From Octopus vulgaris (taxonomy: Eukaryota), in contig OX597823.1 of NCBI GenBank assembly GCA_951406725.2, forward strand, positions 80,910,001-80,974,000: 64,000 nt of DNA, given 5' to 3'. The position numbers and the translations under genes are program-made. Every line of letters begins with the position of its first letter. The stretch's first letter is position 1. A model generated the notes under the pieces. It saw only the letters and a list, made by a program, of their open reading frames with translations, had not been told where the DNA came from and did no database searches. This document shows, in pieces, positions 53,801 to 62,700 of the stretch.

Positions 53801-56683
53801 TGTAGCATGCATTGCTCTAGAATAGATATTTTGTTTACACAGGAACTTGAGATTAAGAAATTAAGCTTAAATCTACCTTGTGAAATTAAGAACATATTTC
53901 ATTACCTCACATTGAGAACCTGGTTACAAGTGAGACAAAATCATGCCACTTATAACAGACTATCAGCAATGTGACATGGCCACCAATTTATATCAAAACC
54001 AGATCAGGTTAATGTTTTGCAGACAAATAAATATTAATCATGATCACAGGCTTTCAATCCCGTAATTTTTTGTAAGTGATCAAAAAAAAATTAAAGATTA
54101 TTGTATTTGAACTCATATTCTTTATTTGTCATCACACCCTCTCCGAAAGACTTGACACTTTCCACACAAAGTAAGTATAACCAGAATCCTAGTCCAGTAC
54201 CGGATCGATCCCAAAATCTAATCAGTTTGTGACAATCATGAGGCCAAACATCCCGGAAAGTTTCATCCAAATCCATCCTACGGTTCTTGAGATATCTTGT
54301 CCATGGACAAACAAACACGACTGAAAACAATACCTCTGCCTTCGCTAAGGTGGAGGTAATAAATGCTTTAAACAAGAGTAGCAGGAAATTCCACAAAACC
54401 CTGCATGAAGGATATGATAACTAATAGTTGAGATAACCAGAAATTTGTTCTTTGATGAAATCAGATATAGTCTGATATATCATATCTTCACATTTAATGA
54501 ATTAATTCATTTTAGAAGCTTGACAATAAGTCATAGAACTAAATTTTTTCTATGCTAAAAACTTTACTTGGCTTTCATCATGTATTCATAATCTAAAGAC
54601 ATCCTCTCTCTAATTTTGTTGCATATCTAGAATAATGCAAAGGATGCTGTTGTTAAAATTCCATTTGGTACGACAGCAAATACAGTAAAAATCGACTTTA
54701 AAGGTGTTTCACCAAACTGCAAAATGATAGTTACAGTATCTTTCAAAGGCTGTTTTGAATCAGCATGTAAGTATGAAGAGATTCAATCTCAAAGTACTTT
54801 GTTATAGAACTCATAAAGTTTTACAACCTTAACCCATCTGTAGACTCAATGGTGGAATTCTGCTTTAACCCCTCATAACCTTGCTATTTTTTTTTTTTTG
54901 AAACCTTCAGAAAATTTTGGCAAATTTGTGTTCAACACATAGGAACTTATGATTATGCTAAAAAAAATTGTATGTGATTTAAGGGCTGTCTAGCTGCTAT
55001 CTTTAACACATCTCACAACCACCTGATACCCTCCTTATTTCTTTGTCACTCTGACATATTGATGTTTTTCTATATTTTTCTCCCCATAAACACATTTAAT
55101 GGTATATTGCTAGGATTTGAGTCAAAGATTTGGACTGTCCATCTTTTATACTCTAATTTATAAATAAAAAATTCAAAAAAATTAAGAGAAAAATATTTTT
55201 TCAAGATATTCAAAAGTTAGAAAAAATTCTATTTTCATAATTGTATGTATTCCCTTGTGTGGAAGACAAATACACAAAAATTTTCTGAAAATTCTAAAAA
55301 GTAGACAAGTTATCAGGGCTTATATGGGATGCTTAAACCAAAATTCCACTGACTCATTAATGCAAAACAACAGTGATTATTAAACAAATTATAGTTAATT
55401 TCATATATTATTTCTGATTGTAAATTAATATTATAGGAAGTAAGTAAAAATGATTTTGTCCATTATACAATTTACATTCATCTATTATCCAATTTGCCAT
55501 CATTGTAGAATCTATATACTTAAATGGTATATTCTTATAAATTACTGTCTTGTTTGTATTTCACACAATCAAAACATTTACTGATATGCAATTCCCATGT
55601 GTTCAGATAATATTCGATATCTAGAGCTCATCATATTTCATTTTTTTATTCACTTATTCCTGGGGGTGTCATAGTGTCAGAGATCTCAAGTACTCCTTCC
55701 ATTGGGTCCTGTCAGAAGCACCCATCTCCTATTAATCCAATTGGATCCCCGAGTGAGATGAACCATGTTCATGGATGTCATCCAATTATCTTAGTCATGG
55801 TCCACTGCTAGTGGGTTTTGTCTGTAGAACATGTCCAGCAATTCTTTCCTCAGACATTCTTACCACATGTTATTAATATCAAAATTGTGATCTCTCTATT
55901 TGGAGAAGTAACGACACTACCTGGAACACCTTGATGATCTCTGAACTATACACTCTCTAAAGCTAAGCTTGAAATTTTTTCTACTGTTAATGAATATTCA
56001 TGTATTCCCTGTGACATAACATTTGTTATCAAATTATATTTTCTGTTCTCATAGCAACAACACCACTACCAACAACAACAGTGCTTCCTACAACCACACC
56101 ACTGCTAACAAGTATGTATAAGCATTCATTTCTTATGATATATTAAACTCTCTATAAATACTTTGTTTTTGTATCTGGTTTACAAAATTCTTTATGTCAA
56201 TTCATGTGTTGAAGCAAATTTTCCTGTGTCTGAGGAGAGTCATACTGCCTTAACCCTTTCATTACGGTATTTATTTTGAGATGCTCAGTGTTTCTTTCAA
56301 TTATTTTAAATATAACAAAAGAATTTAGTAAATTAACTTTGTTATCATTAAGCTAGTGTTAGGAATATAAATTTTAACTAAGATTTGGTGGAAGATTTGA
56401 ATTCAAAACTTATGAAAACAAGACATTTATACTAAAGAGCCAGAAAGGGTTAATGTCTTAATATGTAACACACACTCACCAGTTCATTTTCCACTTATTT
56501 ATTATTCATAGGCGCAGGAGTGGCTGTGTGGTAAGTAGCTTGCTAACCAACCACATGGTTCCGGGTTCAGTCCCACTGCGTGGCATCTTGGGCAAGTGTC
56601 TTCTGCTATAGCCCCGGGCTGACCAATGCCTTGTGAGTGGATTTGGTAGACGGAAACTGAAAGAAGCCTGTCGTATATATGTG

Positions 56684-56720
<37 letters not shown>

Positions 56721-59700
56721 CTTTGTGTGTCTGTGTTTGTCCCCCTAGCATTGCTTGACAACCGATGCTGGTGTGTTTACGTCCCTGTCACTTAGCGGTT
56801 CGGCAAAACAGACCGATAGAATAAGTACTAGGCTTACAAAGAATAAGTCCTGGAGTCGATTTGCTCGACTAAAGGCGGTGCTCCAGCATGGCTGCAGTCA
56901 AATGACTGAAACAAGTAAAAGAGTAAAAGAGTAAAGAGTATATATATTCTTTCTTCCAAAATTTTCATTGCTTCTGCAGCCTTGTCAATGGCTATTGACT
57001 CTGTCCATTATAGGAGCTGTAGATATTTGATTATTGATTTACAAATTATACTGTACGAAACAGTCAACGTAAATTTATAAACTTTCTGTGATAATTTCTT
57101 AAATTTTTTTTTGTTTCCATTTCCATTTTAGCCACACCTATCCCAACAACAACACTACAACCCACAACACAAACAGGTAAAGTCTTTCTCTTTCATAGAA
57201 ATATTACCGTTGTTTGAAATTGTAACAATATTCATGTTAGTAATGGTATTTTGTTCAATATGCTTTTCCCGAATTGACATTGTTTTCTAGAATCCTGGTG
57301 TGTATTCAGTGATGGTTTGGAAGATCCATCATTAATAAGAGCCTGGGACATTAAATTATCAAGCAACGATGAAAATTCAGATGTTATTCGCCCTGGTTTT
57401 AAAGGCTGGAAACCAGCTGCAAGTGATACAAAGCGCACAGTAACTATGTTTGTTGGTGATGCTTTAAGATATGGTGCATCTATTCATTTATTAAGAGCTG
57501 TAGGTGTTGCAAAGTTTGATGTTATTCTCAGTGGAGGAAAGAATAAGAGATTTAAGGTGAGATTTAATGAGTTTAAATTGTTACAAAAATATTATGACAG
57601 TAAACTTTTAATTGAAATAGATCTTTTAACTAAGCTATTTTCTGAAAAATTAGATGACATTTTAAAATATTTCTTGCAATTGATATACAATTATAGAGTG
57701 TGTATTAGTGGTCAAAATTGTTGATACACTCTTACACTGTTGTTTGGTGGCTTTAAACTGCTTTTCTTTTAGTCATTTTGAAATACAGCAGTCTTCAAAT
57801 AATATTTCATTGTTCTTTTATATTTGTTACTCTAAAATTGATTTGTTGACACTAAAACAGGATATTACTTAACTGATATATTTATTCTCTTTTATGTGAA
57901 ATTTAATTTTTTAATCAATTTGCAGTTATTAGTTAAGTAACTTTTAGAGAATATCATGGTACATTTGATAGCCAATCAGCAACCATATGCTGACCACTTC
58001 CTGCAGTCAATTAACATTAAGCTACCATTGCAACACTTGTGGTGGCCAATCAACCGTTGTATATAGTTTCACATTTCAGTAACCACTCATCATTGAAACA
58101 TGATCATATATTGTTTTTTAACTGGTCAAATACTTATTTCACATATTGGCACAAGGCCAGCAATTTTGGGGGCTTGGTAAGTCGATTACATTGATCCTAG
58201 TGCTCAACTGGTACTTATTTTATCAACCAGGAAAGGATGGAAGGCAAAGTCAACCTCAGTGGAATTTGAATTCAGAATGTAAAGACAGATGAAATGCTAC
58301 TAAGCAATTTTCCCAGCATACTAATGATTCTGCTAGCTCGCCACCTTAAACTAATCAAATATTGATCATACTTGTACTTTAACGAGTATTCACAATTTTT
58401 TATGGCCCTCATTTTGTGATGAGTGGATACTATCAAAAGAAGCAGGAAACTTCTTGAAACAAATAACCAGAAAGCAAGAAGGTTATTAAACAAATGAGTA
58501 GGATAAACAGTATATGATTAGATTAGCTCCAACTGATTGCCAGATTATGTGAAGTGAAATAAAATACAGCAAAAGTTAGCAGGCAGTGGTGTCAGTTTAA
58601 GTAATTGTGCAGTAATACACAGACTATTTGACAAAGGACATAAAGCACAAATAACCACAAAATACAGAACATAGCCTTCATATGAGTCATACAATGTATT
58701 ATAGTGTAATGAGAAAAATATTCTTGTCTTCGATAGATTAAAATTTGGGAGGTTCAGGGTAAATGAATTTTGATTACTTCAGTGTATTACAGCAATAATG
58801 AAATATTCAGTCAGTATACTGTTGTTGGGTTGCATGTCTCGTAGAAGTCTTAGTTATATTCATATTATAAATGGAGCTTTAAATGTTAAAAAAAGAAGCT
58901 ATTTAGATACAAAATTACTTCTCTCAATTAATGGTATTTTTCCCACATCGTTTAGGTGAACCATTTTTTCAACAAGATTATGACACATCACACAATGAAA
59001 CCAATTTGAAATAGTTGAAGGACCATAATAAGATAGAGATTTACAACGGTCTTAAAACTGCCCTTAAATTAATGAAAAAGAAAATTTATAGTCAAAATCA
59101 AGTGACAATGCCTAACCTATCACCTCATTTAATTGAGGTGTTTAGCCAAATATTAGTTGTTCTCACAAATTTAAAGAAATTAAAGGCAGTGAGCAGGCAC
59201 AATCATTAGAGTGATGGAAAAAACGCTTTGTGGTTTTTGTTCTAGTTCTTTACATTCTGAGTTCAAATCCCGCCAAAGTCAACTTTGCCTTCAATCCGTT
59301 TAGGGTCAGTTAAATTATGTACCAGTCGAATATTGGGGGACAATGGTATTGATTGAACCCTCTCAAACTTGTTGCTGTTCTGACTAAATCAGGAAAAATA
59401 GCATAAAGTGTGTTATCTTGGTACTAACTGAATAAATATATATTCTTTACTACTCTAGGCACAAGGCCTGATATTTTGGGGGAGAGGATCAGTCGAGTAG
59501 ATCGACCAGTTGTGTACTGGCACATAACTGGTACTTAATTTATTGACCCTTCAGCGGAATTTGAACTCAGAATGTAAGGACAGACGAAATACGGCTAAGC
59601 ATTTTGCCCGGCATGCTAACATTTCTGCCTGCTCACCACCTTTGAATAAATATGTATTAAAACTTTGACAGTATATTATGGTAAAACATTTCCTTATACT

Positions 59701-62700
59701 AATTACTCAGCATCTTCTGCTGTAATAAATTCTATAATTTAAAGCTACTTTATTTTTAATTTGGTTATGTATCTAGAATAATGCAAAGGATGATATTGTT
59801 AAGATTCCATTTGGTACAACATCAAACAAAGTGAAAATCCACTTTAAAGCTATTTCACCAAATAACAGAATGGTTGTTACAGTATCTTTCAAAAGCTGTT
59901 TTGAATCACAGTGTATGTATAAAATGATTTTTTTTTCCTTGAAATTTCTTGTCATAAATCTCATAATTCTTCACAAAATTCTCCCATCTCGAGACTGTTT
60001 GAGGCAAAACAATAACAATTACAAAATGAATTATTATCATTTTCATCATCATCATCATTTAATGTCCATTTGCCCATGCTGACTTGGGTTGGACAGTTTG
60101 ACCATAGCTGGCAAACAGGAAGGTTGCACCAGGCTCCTTCTGATTTGTCATGGTTCCTACAGTTGGATGCCCTTCCTAACACTAACTGCTTTACAGAGTG
60201 TGCTGGGTGCTTCTGCATGGTACCACATGAGTGCTTTTTACATGGCACCAGGCCAACCCTCTTCACCACAGGGGTGGTGGGGCTTAACACTTCTGCTGTG
60301 GAGTACAGGTCTTCTTGAATACAAGGTGCCCAGTATCTCAGTTCTTTCTCATCTTGTCTGAATTGTTCAGCGTCCTGAGGTTGCCTTTAACTAATTCGTC
60401 CCATGTCTTCCTGGGTTTCCCTTTTCCATGAGTTCCATCTACTTTGAGAGATTGGCACTTCTTTATGGAGCTATTGGCATACATCCACATCACATGACTA
60501 AGCCAGCACAGTCGTCTCTCTTGCACATAGTATGTAATTATAGTGAATAATATAATCATTAAACATCATGATAAATGTTTCCTTAATCATTAATCATTTA
60601 CTAATTATAATATTGGTTAACATGATTTGAAATTAATTTTGTATTTATTAATGAAAAGAACTTTCAAGTAAATATACTATTACAATAATTTTGTATGAAA
60701 ATATTTCTTTTGGCTCATCATCATCATTTAAGCATCCACTTTTCCATGCTTGCATGGGTCAGAAAGAATTTGTTGAGGCAGATTTTCTAAGGCTCTAAGC
60801 CCTTCCTGTTATCAATCCTAAGATATCTCCAGGGCTGAACATGTTTACATAGAATATTGAAAATAAAGGTCACTATTTGCATAATGAGGAGACACTAAGT
60901 CACACACACGCACACACACACACACGTATGCATATTTATATGATGGGTTTCTTTCAGTTTCCATCTCCCAAATCTGCTCACAAGGTTTTGGTCAACTTCA
61001 GGCTATGGTAGAAGACACTTGCCCAAGCTGTCACGCAGTAGGACTGAACTTAGAACCAAGTGCTTGGAAAGCTGGCTTCTCAACCACATAGCCATGTCTG
61101 CAGTTGTATACTATTGTTAATTAAAATTATAAGGGAGTATATAGAATCAATTTAATCCTGTTGCTTCCATCATACATCATTAAACAATATATCATATATA
61201 CTGGAGTACAGGTCAGAATTTGAACTTTAAAATATCACCCCAAAACTAGGGGATGTCTTATGTACCCTGTATAAAATCTGAACCTTAACTTCCTCTGGTT
61301 TAGAGTAGCACCTCTGTCAGTGGAGAACAGTGTAAAGCACTCAGATAGATCCTATGGGTCTGCAGAGCAGTATTTTCTACTGATACTTGCACATATTGAT
61401 GGAGAACACGATAAAACACTCACATAGATCTTATGGTTCTACAACTCAGAACTTTCTACTGATACTTACTCGTATGTTTGGGAAGCTGGATTAATAGTAA
61501 GATTATATTGAAATAACAACAGAGAAAACTTAGCGGAGATACACCAGTCACCATTTGCAACAGAACAGAAAATGTAAACAATCAGCCAAGGGGCTGCCAG
61601 GGAAGCTACAGCTCACCCCTTTAGCTATGACCTGCATGCCTTCAGTACTCAAGCTATTTTCCACAGAAACTTGGGGTGATCCTATACAGCAAGTATAGCT
61701 CAAAACCAACTTTTTAGATGGAAATCCTGGTGGGTGGGGGTCATCTTGTACACCCATTCGTATTATACCCCAGCATATACAGTATTTTATTAAAGAGTTT
61801 TCAGTATGTATTGTAGAAAATGAAAATATTTACAGATATCCAAATTGTCCAACCCATGCTAGCATGAAAAGCAGATGTTAAACAATGATAATGATGATGA
61901 TGATGATGATGATGATGATCCACTTCTTATACCTATGTAATATCAAATCTCCTGATGTACAGTTGCAATTATTTCTACAGCTGATATATTGTTTATGTAT
62001 TTTTCTTAATTTATTTTCTGTAACATTTGTCATCAGAATATGTTTTCTTCGTTCTCATAGCAACAACACCACTACCAACAACGACTATTCCTACAACTAC
62101 ACTTCTGCCAACAAGTATGTAAAAGAATTCATTAATAAAACTTTGTAATACTAAAATTCAAATTTTGCTTCTCTGTGACATGTTTTAATGAACATAGTAC
62201 ACAGAAAAAAAATTGTTTGCACTAAATTGTGTTTCAAATAAAAAATTCATATAAAATTACTGTGATTCAAATTCAACTAATTAGTAAACAAATTGTAGTA
62301 TATACTTATAGTATGTATTAAATACAATGGAAATAGCTGTTAATGTATTTTATTGGTTGTTAACATCTACAAACAATATTTTGTGGAATAATGAATGTAA
62401 ATTTCTGAACTTTATATGATGGTGAATGAAATCTTGTTTTGTTTTGTTTTTATTTTAGCCACACTTATTCCAACAACAACACAACAAATAACAACACAAA
62501 CAGGTAAAGACTCACTTTAATGAAAATATCAGTGTTGTTGGAAATCATAATACTCATGTTTAATATTGACGTTCTGCTGATCGCATTTTACTTATATTGT
62601 TTTCTAGAGTCTTGGTGTGTATTCAACGATGGTTTGGAAGATCCCTCATTAATAAGGGCCTGGGACATTAAATTGTCAAGCAATGATGAAAATCCAGATG

